A stretch of DNA of 64,000 nucleotides, from the NCBI RefSeq assembly GCF_009914755.1, contig NC_060927.1; one strand, 5' to 3'. The DNA is from the human T2T-CHM13v2.0 reference genome, Homo sapiens. Both the position numbers and the translations under genes were made by a program. Of this stretch, positions 1-13,656 are shown in pieces. A model generated the notes under the pieces. It saw nothing but the letters and a program-made list of their open reading frames with translations. It ran no database searches and was not told where the DNA came from. Every line of letters begins with the position of its first letter. The stretch's first letter is position 1.

Positions 1-299
1 TAAATTGAGCAATGCATAAACTTTTATTTCTGAATGGAAGATACCAGTCTGGATTCCTGAAAAATATTTTGGAAACTTATATTTCATGTGACTGTGAAGG
101 TGGTTTAGAGCCTTTCAGGGGCGCACTTGCCCTAAACCAAAATCAAACAGGTTAATTTTTAAAATGTCACAAGGTTTGGCCGGTTTGGATTCTAAGTCTG
201 TTGGAAGGAAGCAAACACTGGTAGTAAGATTACAGTAAAAACAATGCAGCTAGCTGCAGGTATGTTAATTTCAGCACTATGCATGTCTATGCTGGATCA

Positions 300-460
300 T
301 TTTGTGCTTTAATCCTTTTTGTGTTTCATCCTTCCCACAGTCCCACTGAGTCAGAGGTATTGTTGTCTCCATTTTGCAGATGAGGCCACTGAGGTAGAGC
401 TTGCCTACTGGGGATACAGCTGATAAGAGTGTAAGCCAGCTAATGCGTGTGACATGTCAG
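300..460. mobile_element. MIR fragment
   Basis: MIR core-like CCATTTTGCAGATGAGGCCACTGAGG near 369-394. Confidence 0.55.
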
Positions 461-469
461 CCTGACCCA

Positions 470-955
470 AAACTCTTGGCCATATGTGGCTTATTGGCTT
501 TGAATGGTTTTCATATTTTTAAACAGTTGCATTTTATTTTTTATTTTATTTATTTATTTTTTTTGAAATGGGGTCTCGCTCTGTCACCCAGGCTGGAGTG
601 CAGTGGCGCAATCTCAGTTTACTGCAACGTCCACCTCCTAGATTCAAGTGGTTCTCCTGCCTCACCCTTCCGAATAGCTGGGATTACAGGCATGCACCAC
701 CACAGCTGGCTAATTTTTGTATTTTTAGTAGAGAGGGCGTTTTGCCATGTTGGCCAGGCTGGTCTCAAACTTATGACCTCAGGTGATCTGCCCTCCTTGG
801 CCTCTGAAAGTGTTAGGATTACAGGTGTGAGCCACCGTTCCCCGCCTTAAATGGTTGCATTTTAAATGGTTCCATAAATACCTACCTAATCTTGACTTTA
901 CTTCTTGCCTAAGATACTTACTATCTAGCCGTGTATGGAAAAATTTTGCAATGCC
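470..955. mobile_element. Degraded MER58-like hAT-Charlie element interrupted by an Alu
   Basis: The 3' end ACTTACTATCTAGCC...GGAAAAATTTTGCAATGCCT resembles the MER58 terminus. Confidence 0.45.
537..846 (-). mobile_element. Alu (S-type), full length
   Basis: Antisense Alu dimer with an 18-bp TSD TTAAA(CA/TG)GTTGCATTTTA at 519-536 and 847-864. Confidence 0.95.
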
Positions 956-1002
956 TCCTCTTGACTATTACTCCTTCATTTCCCAAGACTGAAAAGAAGC
1001 CT

Positions 1003-1084
1003 TTTCACTGTGCAAATTAACCACTGTGCCAGTGGTTCTCAAATTTCACTGTGCAAGAGAACCACTGTGCCAGTGGTTCTCAAA
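1003..1084. repeat. 41-bp tandem duplication at a MER5A terminus
   Basis: TTTCACTGTGCAA(ATT/GAG)AACCACTGTGCCAGTGGTTCTCAAA occurs at 1003-1043 and 1044-1084. Confidence 0.9.
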
Positions 1085-1232
1085 TTTTAGTAGGGCCCTG
1101 AATCACCTGGACGGCTTGATGCAACATAGATTGCTGGGCCTTATTCCCAAGGTCTGGGTTGGAGCCTGAGAATTGGCATTTCTAGGTGCTGCTGATGCTG
1201 CTGTTCCTGGGACCACACTAGAAGTAACATTG
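1071..1232. mobile_element. MER5A (hAT-Charlie MITE)
   Basis: Starts with the terminal inverted repeat (TIR) CAGTGGTTCTCAAA. Internal motifs GAATCACCTGG, CCTGAGAATT.GCATTTCT and GCTGATGCTGCT...GGGACCACACT. Confidence 0.75.
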
Positions 1233-1534
1233 AGCTAGAAGGGTGAACCAGTACTTCCGGGTGTTTGCCAAGTTACTGTGAGAGTGTCTCACTCCAGTTA
1301 TTGGTAGTAGTAGCATCCCCTTTGAGTTTGAGCCATAGGTTTGTTGCCTGACAAAATCATGCACTAAGCACGGAAAACTTTTGTTTTGATGATGAAGAAA
1401 TTTAAAGTATGATGGAAGTGGCTGTCTGAAAATGGAAACAGCTAGTATGAAAGAACTTCAGCTTTTTCTGCTTACATGTTTTAATCTTAAATGTGGTTAG
1501 ATCTATATTTAAATCTCTTCCTTATTTAAATGAT

Positions 1535-1730
1535 GATAATTAGCATCAATTATTGATATTTCACTATGTGCCAGGCTTTGTGCTAGACCCCTTTCCATGT
1601 CGAATCCCATGTAGTGCGTACAATAGTTCTATGAGGTTAGATAATAGTAGCCCCATTTTAAAAGTAAGTAAACGAAGGCTTAGATATAAGAGGAAACTTC
1701 TCTTAGTCTCTTGACTAGTAAGTGGCCCCA
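1535..1730. mobile_element. MIR
   Basis: ACTATGTGCCAGGC..TGTGCTA and CCCCATTTTA..AAACGAAGGCTTAG are MIR hallmarks. Confidence 0.6.
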
Positions 1731-1738
1731 GATCATTC

Positions 1739-1963
1739 CAAGCTTGTCCAACCCGTGGCCCAGGGCAGCATGTACCCCAGGATGGCTTTGAATGAGGCCC
1801 AACACAAATTCGTAAACTTTCTTAAAACATTATGAGTTTTTTTGCATTTTTTTTTTTAAAGCTCATTAGCTATTGTTAGTGTTAGTGTATTTTATGTGTG
1901 GCCCAAGACACAGTCCTTCTTTTTCCAGTGTGGCCGAGGGAAGCTAAAAGATTGGATACCTCT
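1739..1963. mobile_element. MER30 (hAT-Charlie MITE), near full length
   Basis: CAAGCTTGTCCAACCC...GGATGGCTTTGAATG.GGCCCAACACAAATTCGTAAACTTTCTTAAAACATTATGAG...AAAAGATTGGATACCTCTG. Confidence 0.85.
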
Positions 1964-2000
1964 GATTTAGACCCTTGTTCATATAGTTTTCTCTTTACTT

Positions 2001-2974
2001 TCTTTTTATTATTATTATTATACTTCAAGTTCTGGGATACATGTGCAGAAAGTGCAGGTTTATTACATAGGTATGCATGTGCCATGGTGGTTTGCTGCAC
2101 CCATCAACCCATCATCTACATTAGGTATTTATCCTAATGCTATCCCTCCCCTAGCCCCCCGCCCCCAGAGAGGCCCTGGTGTGTGATGTTCCCCTCCCTG
2201 TGTCCATGTCTTCTCACTGTTCAACTCCCACTTATGACTCAGAACATGCAGTGTTTGGTTTTCTGTTCCTTTGTTAGTTTGCTGAGAATGATGGTTTCCA
2301 GCTTTATCCATGTCCCTGCAACGGACATAAACTCATCCTTTTTTATGGCTGCATAGTATTCCATGGTGTATGTGTGCCACTTTTTCTTTATCCAGTCTGT
2401 CATTGATAGACATTTGGGTTGGTTCCAAGTCTTTGCTATGGTGAATAGTGCCGCAATAGACATATGTGTGCATGTGTCTTTATAGTAGAATGATTTATCA
2501 TCTTTTGGGTATATACCCAGTAATGGGATTGCTGGGTCAGATGGTATTTCTGGTTCTAGATCCTTGAGTTATCACAACACTGTCTTCTACAATGGTTGAA
2601 CTAATTCACACTCCCACCAACAGTGTAAAGTGTTCCTATTTCTCCATATCCTCTCCAGCATCTGTTGTTTCCTGACTTTTTAATGATCGCCATTCTAACT
2701 GGTTTGAAATGGTATCTCATTGTGGTTTTGATTTGCATTTCTCTAATGACCAGTGATGATGAGCTTTCTTTCATGTTTTTTGGCTGCATAAATGTCTTCT
2801 TTTGAGAAGTGTCTGTTCATATCCTTCGCCCACTTTTTAAAGAGCTTCTGCACAGCAAAAGAAACTATCAGAATGAACAGGCAACATACAGAATGGGAGA
2901 AAATTTTTGCAATGTGTACATCTGACAAAGGGCTGATATCCAGAATCTACAAGGAACTTAAACAAATTTACAAG
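2001..2974 (-). mobile_element. L1PA 3' end (~1 kb) with 5' inversion
   Basis: Antisense 3'UTR and ORF2 C-terminus at 2001-2838 (track ORFs contain KTWNQPKC..YTMEYYAAIKK). A sense ORF2 segment follows at 2838-2974 ([10 protein letters not shown]). 16-bp TSD AGTTTTCTCTTTACTT at 1985-2000 and 2973-2988. Confidence 0.93.
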
Positions 2975-3053
2975 TTTTCTCTTTACTTGCGTATCATTCA
3001 GCTTTCACCTTCCCCCATGGCTACCACATGAATTTACATTTGTCTGTCTCTAA

Positions 3054-3483
<430 letters not shown>

Positions 3484-3635
3484 TGAATTATGTAAAATTT
3501 TTATATAGAAAAAATATATGAGACATTTAACAGATGCTAATATCTTGTCACAGCGGCTTAAGACTTTTTTTTTTTAAAGAGAGAACACTGGAGAATTGGC
3601 AAGTTCCTAAACATCCATATCCCTTTCTTCCCCAT

Positions 3636-3997
3636 TGATATTGTTTGGCTCTGTATCTCCACCCAAATCTCATCTGGAATATAATTCCCATGTGTCGAAG
3701 GAGGGACCTGGTGGGAGGTGATTGGATCACGGGGGAGGTTTCCCTCATGCTGTTCTCGTGATAGTGAGGGAGTTCTCATGAGATCTGATGGTTTAACAGT
3801 GGCAGCTTCCCCTGTGCTCTCTCTTCTCCTGCTGCCTTGTGAAGAAGATGCCTGCTTCCCCTTCACCTTCCACCATGATTGTAAGTTTCCTGAGGCCTCC
3901 CCAGCCGTGCGGTACTGAGTCAATTAAACCTCCTCTCTTTATAAATTACCCAGTCTCAGGTGATATCTTTATAGCACGGTGAGAATGGACTAATACA
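3636..3997 (+). mobile_element. THE1-family (ERVL-MaLR) solo LTR
   Basis: TG...CA termini (TGATATTGTTTGGCTCTG...GGACTAATACA). Contains CATGATTGTAAGTTTCCTGAGGCCTCCCCAGCC and the ATTAAA poly(A) signal. 362 bp. Confidence 0.9.
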
Positions 3998-4324
3998 TCT
4001 ATCTCAAAGGAATATCTTCTTTTGCTTATGCATACTTTTATCTAGAGCAAAACTACAAAAACATGCATGAAAGGTCATATATAGCAGCTTCTGCATATGA
4101 CATTGTAATCAATGGTATGTTGACATTTTTTGAGTCAGTACACAGTGGGAGGTGACAAGATTAAGAGAATGAGCTCTCTTGATGTTCATGGAGGGGTAGG
4201 TTGTAGGCATGGTATTAGTAACATACCAACTTCAGGAATTTTTATCTGGCATCCCAAGTACCCCCTTTCATCAGCCATGTTTTGTTGTTGTTTGTTTTAT
4301 TCATTTTTTCCTAGTTTCTCCTAA

Positions 4325-4702
<378 letters not shown>

Positions 4703-5439
4703 TGAAACATCAAATAATTTTAAGCCTCTGTATGTGTTGTAACCTCCTTTGTTAGGCAAGGGGATTATAGTAGAGAATGAGGCAGATAAAATACCCTTCC
4801 CCTTCCCCATGGACCTTAAATTCAGGTTATTCCAATTTTTATTAGCCCTCCCCCAAATTTAATATAATATGATTTTTCTAAAGGTAATGCTTGTTAAATA
4901 CAGTCCCAGATTTTACGTGCTGGCCGCAGCATTCAGCAGTTAACATCATCCTGTGTGTGGCAGGCAGCGTGTCCCAATTTTTGGTTTGTAGAAGGTGGTC
5001 ACCTTATCTATTATGTGGCAATGAGGCATCCACACTCTTATTAGATGGCCTGCACAAGTTATGTGCCCATTTCCATTTGTTAATAGACATTGTGCTAATT
5101 GCATGGGTGATTTAAATGTTAAAAAGGCATTAAAGCATTTGTTGTAATAATTAACAAAGAGATTGCTAGGTTACAAATGAACGATAATGCCGTATTTTAA
5201 AAATACAGCATTACATATCTGTGCAAAGTGATATATGTTATGAAACATTAATATCCAAATGAGAGATTTGAACTGAATGATCTCCAAAATCCTTTCTAAT
5301 ATGTCTTTTCTGGCTTTCTAAAATATGAGCTCTATGACTATTAATATATTTTGTGAGATGTCAACTGTGCCATATTTCTGCAAACCTCAAGGAGAGGCCA
5401 CAGCCTATCTTTAGTCTTATGCAAGTATATTAACTGAAC

Positions 5440-6130
5440 CTTGCATGGTGGACTAGAGGTTGCTGATTGTCTTCTATTATTTCTCCATAATAGAAGCCCT
5501 GTTTTTCTAGGTGGGCCCATAGCTGCGAGGAATAAAGACCAGCCTTCACCCTCCCTTGTAGTTAGCCATGGTTTAAGTGTGCAACTTCTAGGACATTTCC
5601 TCAGTGGAAGACGGTCATGTCCTTAGTCTGTTCTTCCTCCCTGATAGCTGGAATGTGAATACAATGGCTGGATCTTAAGCAGCCATGATGGGACCACGAG
5701 ATTGGTACTATGTGCCGAAGATGGGAGAGCCACAAGATAGAAGCAGTCTGGCAGCTGTAGATACTCAGATGTACAGAGTATTTCTTGCAGAAAAGTCTGC
5801 TACTGAGGGAAGGAGTTAGGGGCTGAGATTCAATCCAGGCTCTTTCTCAAGTTGTGTTCTTAGAGAAAGGTGGGGCCTTTTACTTTCCACAAAAGGATCA
5901 TATGTTTGCTAAACCATATACTTGCAGGGCTCCTTCCACCAGGAGGGCTGCCTTTCTGTCATTTGTTCAGAGGCGCCACGTGAGCCTTGATACTGTGAAA
6001 TGTCCCACCATCCCAGACTTCCCTACCTCTGAACTGTATTAATGGTAGAGAGAAGTTACAAGTTACAAGAAGTATCTTGTTTTAGCTACTCCTGTTTTGA
6101 TATTTTCCATTACTGGTACCTGAGTCTAAT
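5440..6130. mobile_element. Degraded MLT1-like LTR fragments
   Basis: CTGGAATGTGAATACAATGGCTGGA..GCAGCCATG and CCAGACTT..CTACCTCTGAACT resemble old MLT1 LTRs. Confidence 0.35.
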
Positions 6131-6444
6131 CCTGATAAATATATCACTGTCTTTTTCTTTGCAAGAGTCACTTTGGATTTTTTGTTCACAAACAGCAATC
6201 AAATTTGAGTAACTCAGTTGAAGTGTTTTGGAAGGTTACAGAAGCTCCCAGAATAGAGAGGCAAAGTGAAGAAACATTGCTGGTCATGGGCAAGGAATTC
6301 CAGAGGCTGGGAAGTGAGTGCTAGAGGACAGCATACTTAAAGCCGGGATGGTCTGGTCATAGGTACAGCTTCTGCTACAGAGAGAATCATCTCCTGCTTG
6401 CTTTTTTTTTCTTTGTTTTTTTTTTTTCTTCCTTAAGGAGCTTA

Positions 6445-6750
<306 letters not shown>

Positions 6751-7923
6751 CTCAGGAAGGTGTCTGTCCATTTGGCAAGGCCCAGATCGTATGTCTTGCC
6801 CCCTCACTCTACTGGGTTGGGTGGAGGAAGGCCCTGGGTTCTTGGCCACCAGTTCCTGGAGCAGGAGTGAGTGCAGCTGGGTTGACTGCCTAACTGCCTG
6901 CAGTGGAGGGGGCACAGATTTCCAAAAAAGAAATGAAGCTGCTGGGAGGATGAGGGATGAATTCTGAGCAACCAAAATAGAGAAAACAGGAAAGAAGTAA
7001 AAGACAACGATGATGACACATGATCACACGCCTCTGTGGTCTCCAGATTAGAAATGGAATAGGGTACATACTAGTTTACCACCAATGGCTTTTTTTTTTT
7101 TGGTCCTTAAATCTCTACCATCCAAGAAGTGAGTGCTAACTCTGTATTTATTAGTCCCTGGATAGATAAGCAGAGTCAGTACTCACTGCTTTGTGTAGAG
7201 TACTCTCCTAGACATAAGAGGAGCATAATGACATACTGGATGGAGAGGGTCTCCTGTGGTGAGGGTGCTGGGAACACTGAAATGCATCCAGAATCACAGG
7301 GAAGCTTCAGAAATGGCTCTAAGCTCTCAGCTCACTGCCACCGCCACGCCCCTTTCCTTTATAACTCTTTAGGGAATGGTTTGTTTGCTTTTTTCCCCAG
7401 AATTGGGGATCACGTCACAACTCTGAGGTTCCTCTAACGTCATCTTGAACTCTGCAGAAGTGTGTTTCTTCCTCTGAAGTGCTATTTTGTGGTAATTTAA
7501 TGTATTTTTTTCATGAATAATTTACCCATAGAGTCCTAATATCTTAAGACAGTGAATTTTGTTGTTTATCAAAGATGTATCTCAACTAGGAGACAGAAAT
7601 CAATTTCTTATTACAAAGCAAAGACAAAACACAAGATCATCTACCCTGTGGGATAACAATCTGTTTTGGAAGCATTTTGGATTATTAATATTTAAGTCAG
7701 GAACACATGGATAAAGAAATTATTGTCCCTTTTTATAAAGAAAGTGGTATATTTATTACTCATCTTATGTGTCCCCATTGCGTACTCTTTTTTTCTCTCA
7801 TTATCTTTTCTTATTGTTGGGTTATGAAGTGTCCTGAAGTCACAGCATTTTAGGGCTAAAATACAAACTGTACTTAAACTACCTGGTAAAAATACTTGCT
7901 TACTTTTTAAATAAAAACTCCCA

Positions 7924-8253
<330 letters not shown>

Positions 8254-8469
8254 TTATGGTGACTTGTTTCTTTGTCTTAAACTCTAGTAGTATTTATTGC
8301 AAAAGATATATTGATGCTCTTGTTTAATTGTTATATAGCTGTTTCATGGATTCACGTGTTGTAAAAGATTTTTATGTTTTTGAAGTCAAATAGTCCATAC
8401 AGGCCATTTTTTTCTGCCTTGTGTGGTTAGTCTCTGAATGCCCACAGGAAAGAAAAATAGTAGCAATAA

Positions 8470-8640
8470 TAGTAATGGTTACAATTTATTCATGCTTCCT
8501 ATATGCAATGCATCATCCTGACCCTAACCCTTTGAGGTACATATTGTTATTATTCCCATTTTACAGATGAGGAAACTAAGGACTGAGTTTTTATAGCCAA
8601 AGGCAATAGACCCAGAACTTGAGAGGTCTCTGCCTCAAAA
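8470..8640. mobile_element. MIR
   Basis: CCCATTTTACAGATGAGGAAACTAAGG core near 8555-8581. Confidence 0.7.
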
Positions 8641-8737
8641 TCACTCTTGTATTTTCCCACAATGAGTAAATTGATACACATACACTTTTTTTACTTGAAG
8701 GAGAACTAGTAGGTGTTACTATAAAGAATGATTTGTG

Positions 8738-9094
<357 letters not shown>

Positions 9095-9130
9095 TCACCC
9101 AGACATATAGCTTTGTAAAAACTAAGACTC

Positions 9131-9461
9131 GACTGGGTATGGTGGCTCACACCTATAATCCCAGCACTTTGGAGGCCAAGGTGGGTGGATCACTTGAGGT
9201 CAGGAGATTGAGACCAGCCTGGCCAACATGGTGAAACCCTGTCTCTACTAAAAATAAAAAAATTAGCCGGGCATGGTGGTGCGGGCACCTGTAGTCCCAG
9301 CTACTTGGGAGGCTGAGGCAGGAGAGTTGCTTGACTGGGTGGTGGAGGTTGCAGGGAGCCAAGATCATGCCACTGCACTGTAGCATGGGTGACTGAGCAA
9401 GACCCTGTCTAAAACAAAACAAAACAAAACAAAAAAACAAAAACCAAAAAAAAAAAAAAAA
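9131..9461 (+). mobile_element. Alu (S-type) with (AAAAC)n tail
   Basis: Full sense dimer, flanked by AGACTC on both sides. Confidence 0.93.
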
Positions 9462-11220
9462 CGCAGACTCAGAGAACCAAGACAGATTTGGAAACTTCAT
9501 TCAGGGAAGAATTTGTTAGATCATTGACATTGCTTTAGTTTTAAAAATTCATTTTATATTCTTAGCTAATTTTCATTTTAACAAGCTGTGATGGTCCATA
9601 GAAATGAATGGAAAAATGCCAGGTTGATTGAAACTGTATGCTGGAGAAGGTGTGGATCCACTTTAACACATACTTGGCTTCAGCGGGTTAAAAGACTACA
9701 CAATCATGTGACATTGTGACATTGTGATGTGACCATCCGTTAGTTTTAAAATCTGAGACTGTTTTATATTAGTTATGGGAGTGAGCAGAAAGCACAGAAG
9801 GAGGTTTTTGCCTGTGTCTCTGTTGCTTTGAAACAAAATCAGGAAAAACCGTATCTCCAAAAGCAGCCTGTGTGCCATCTTCTGTGCTACTGTAACTTAG
9901 TAACTTTTTTAAAGCAATTAGAAACCAGGGACTTGAAGTGGCCCAGAGACTCATAAGACAGGCTGATGATTTCGCTGGATAGAATTGGACTTTGCAGAAA
10001 GGTTTTGATAACCTTTTTGGCCTGGTGCCCTGCCCTCATCTAGTCCTTTCCCATTTGTAATAGAAGCATGAAATTCAATGCTATTGACTTCCCAGGAGTC
10101 ATTGAATTGCCACACACACAGTGAATTTGGAGTTTGGTTCTTAAGTTGAAAGGGGATAAACAATCGACATTGAATTTGTACCTCTTATAGCTTTGTTGAC
10201 TTAATGGATTGTCCCCAACAATCCATCAAGAATGGTACATATACCAGCCATCACCTGGCTCACTAAAAGCCAGTAGAAATTCCCAAACCTCATTTTAGGC
10301 AAGGATTTCCACTTCTCCTCTTGTAAAAGCTTTCCCAAACAGCAAGGATTCCAGACATGAGACATTGTATTGCTTTGCCTGCTGTGAAACTGTACGATCT
10401 TACAATGGAGAGAGAAGAATGGCAATTGGATATGAATTGTAGAAATTTGGGAGAAGGAATTTGTTCGTTGACTTGTATTTTCTATGAAGATGTAATCGAG
10501 GAAAGGCCCTGGGCTTAATTTTTTTAATTAACAGAGAAGACTGCAGGTGTTCTCAAGTATTTATCAAGCCCCTGCGCCTTGGGCCTCTAACTGGGAGTTG
10601 TGGGGATGACTGGTGTCGAGGTCTTTTCTTGCTAAAGTGTGTGGGGAGTGCATACTCAGGGGATGTGCCCCTCCTCTCTGTCCTTTGTAGTGACTCTTGG
10701 CTCTCCCGGGTCTCCCCACTGCCAGTTTTCCTCTGTGATACAGCCTTCGGTGGTGTCTTTGTCAGCAGGCTTGGCAGTGGCAGAGAAAGGGAACAGGGAG
10801 AAGGTGGAATAAACCTAACTGGTGGCTGGCCCTTTCCTATTATGGTTCCTTACCCTCCCTTTTCCGTTTTCTCAATCCTTCATCCTGTTTCTTCCTCCCA
10901 GAAGTTATGTTAATCAATTCTGAAGTCTCTCTGAATTGAGGCCATGTGTGGTTGGGGTTTGGAAAAGCAGGGCTTACAGTTAGGTTGAGTCTGATCATCA
11001 CTCACTCACTCTGCTCTAGCGACCCTGGACTTCTTGCTGTTCCTCACACTTCCCAGACACCCTTGTGCCTCACTGTTTTGTAATTGCTCTCCCCTTTCCT
11101 GGAACGTTCTTTTCTGAGACCCAACTTGCTCTTGACTGCTTCTGTGAGTCTTTGCTCAAATGTCACATTTTCCTAAGGCCTTTGCTGGCCGCTCTTGCTC
11201 ACTTTACAGTGCAGTCCTGA

Positions 11221-11655
<435 letters not shown>

Positions 11656-13261
11656 AACGGGAATTTTTAAACTCGTATTTAATTGTAACATGCATGTGGA
11701 AAAATGCATGCATTATAGTGAACCGCTCAATGAATAATCACAATATCTGAACACAGCCATGTAACCAACTCCCAGATGAAAAAACAGTATCACTCCCGAA
11801 GGTCTCCCCATGCTCCCCTCTTCCCACTTCAAGGGCTACTACCGTCCTGACTTCTGATATCATAGATGAGGTTTGGATGGCAAGAACTTCTGTCAGTTTA
11901 TTTCACTGCTGTATGTGCAGGATATGGCAGGTGCAAAGTACACATTGATTGAGTACATTAAAATAATACTGGAAGAGAGACCTGTATTTCTGATGTAGCT
12001 AGATTTCTAAAGCTGACCTCCATTGATGGATTAATCCCCGCCAATGGAAAATGCAGTTAGAGGCTTTAGAAATATTATCCAGTGGCAAAACACTGGCCAT
12101 TATAACTTAGACGATTAGATTTGTCACTTGTTTCTGCTGCGTTGGCCTTGATTATGTAAGTATTTTAGCTGTGATGTCTTTAAGTCCACTCTTCTTGCTT
12201 GTAATTTTAATTTATTGTCTGTTCTATTTGCTGGCACTTAATCAGACATCTCTCTGGTGATTGTCTTACAGGATTATTTAACTTCTTCTTGCCTTTCAAC
12301 TGCATTGTAAATTTAACCAAGCATAATAAATTTGCACCAAATTTTACCCTTCAGTGTTGATTCTTCCCTAGCTGGAATTACTGTACATTTCTGTTTCTGG
12401 TCACTGGCCACTCTCTGGTACTACTTGAGAATTGATTACTGTTCCAGGTGGGTGACTACATTAGAATTGCAACCTGAACTATTTTAGCGCTTTAAGTAAT
12501 ATAGTATCATCAGTTTTGATTGTGCTGTTAACCATTTGATATTTGATGATGAGTTCAAGGATACAGTGGCTTCCTAGAAGTTTGGGTTACAGGTGCCTCC
12601 AGTAGAGATGTTTACAAACTCAAAGATGTACCATTCACTACAGAGACACTATGCAATTGAGTACAGTTATTGGGCCTTTATCCTGGAAGATGGTAGAGAT
12701 GTGTCTAGAGAAGGGAGTACCTTTTCTAACTTGCACAAAGTCACATCAGCCAACTGATGGGGTTTGACCATCTGTAAGATGGAATATTATACAATAATTT
12801 AACAAGAAGAACATTATATTTTTGGATTAGCTTTGTGTCCTGTTTTTCATATTTAACACCATGTCCTGCATATTTTCCTAAGTCAAAAAGTTCCTGGAGA
12901 ACTTTTTTTTCCCTTAAAATCCATAGAGGTCATCCCCTGGCTAGGGCTGCCATGTAAGCAAAATCCATGTGTCACCTGGGATGCTCTCGGTTCAAGTAAG
13001 GGAAGACCCAACTCAGAACAATGAGAAAATAAAGAAATAAGTTAGTATAAATACTGGAGATCCAGAAGTAGTGTATTTCCAGACAATCAGCGACCAGTGA
13101 ACTTCACTGGAACCTCATATTGTTTCTGACTTTCTGCTCTGTCATCTGTGGATCAGATTTAGCTTTAGAGTGGTTCTCCTTAGTATGGCAAGATGCAGCA
13201 ACATGAAGTGTTGCATCGAGACCAGGAGAAAAAGGAGTAGACCAATTCGGGCCCTTGAGCT

Positions 13262-13656
13262 TGTCTTAATCTGTGTTGTGCTGCTGTAACAGATTACCAC
13301 AGACTGAGTAATTTATAAGGCACAGAAATTTATTGTCTTATGGTTTTGGAGGCTGGGAAGTCAAAGATGGAGGGGCTGGCGTCTGGTGAGGGCTTTCTTG
13401 CTCTGTCCTTCCATAGCGAAAGGTGGAAGAGCAAAGAGAGAGGGCAAAACAAATACACACACACACACACACACACATGCACAAAAGAGGGCCAAACTAG
13501 TCTGTTTATAATGAACTCTCTCCCTTCATAATCCATTCATGAGGCTGATGCCCCCGTGGGCCAAATACGTTCATTAGGCTCTACCTCTCAACACCACTGC
13601 ATTAGGGATCAAGTTTCTAAAAGCTGAACTTTGGGGGATACATTCAAATTATAGCA
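13262..13656 (-). mobile_element. MST-family (ERVL-MaLR) solo LTR containing a (CA)n run
   Basis: TGTCTTAATCTG...ACCACAGACTGAGTAATTTATAA...GGAGGCTGGGAAGTCAAAGAT...TGGTGAGGGC...GGGGGATACATTCAAATTATAGCA. (CA)~11 at ~13455-13477. Confidence 0.8.
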
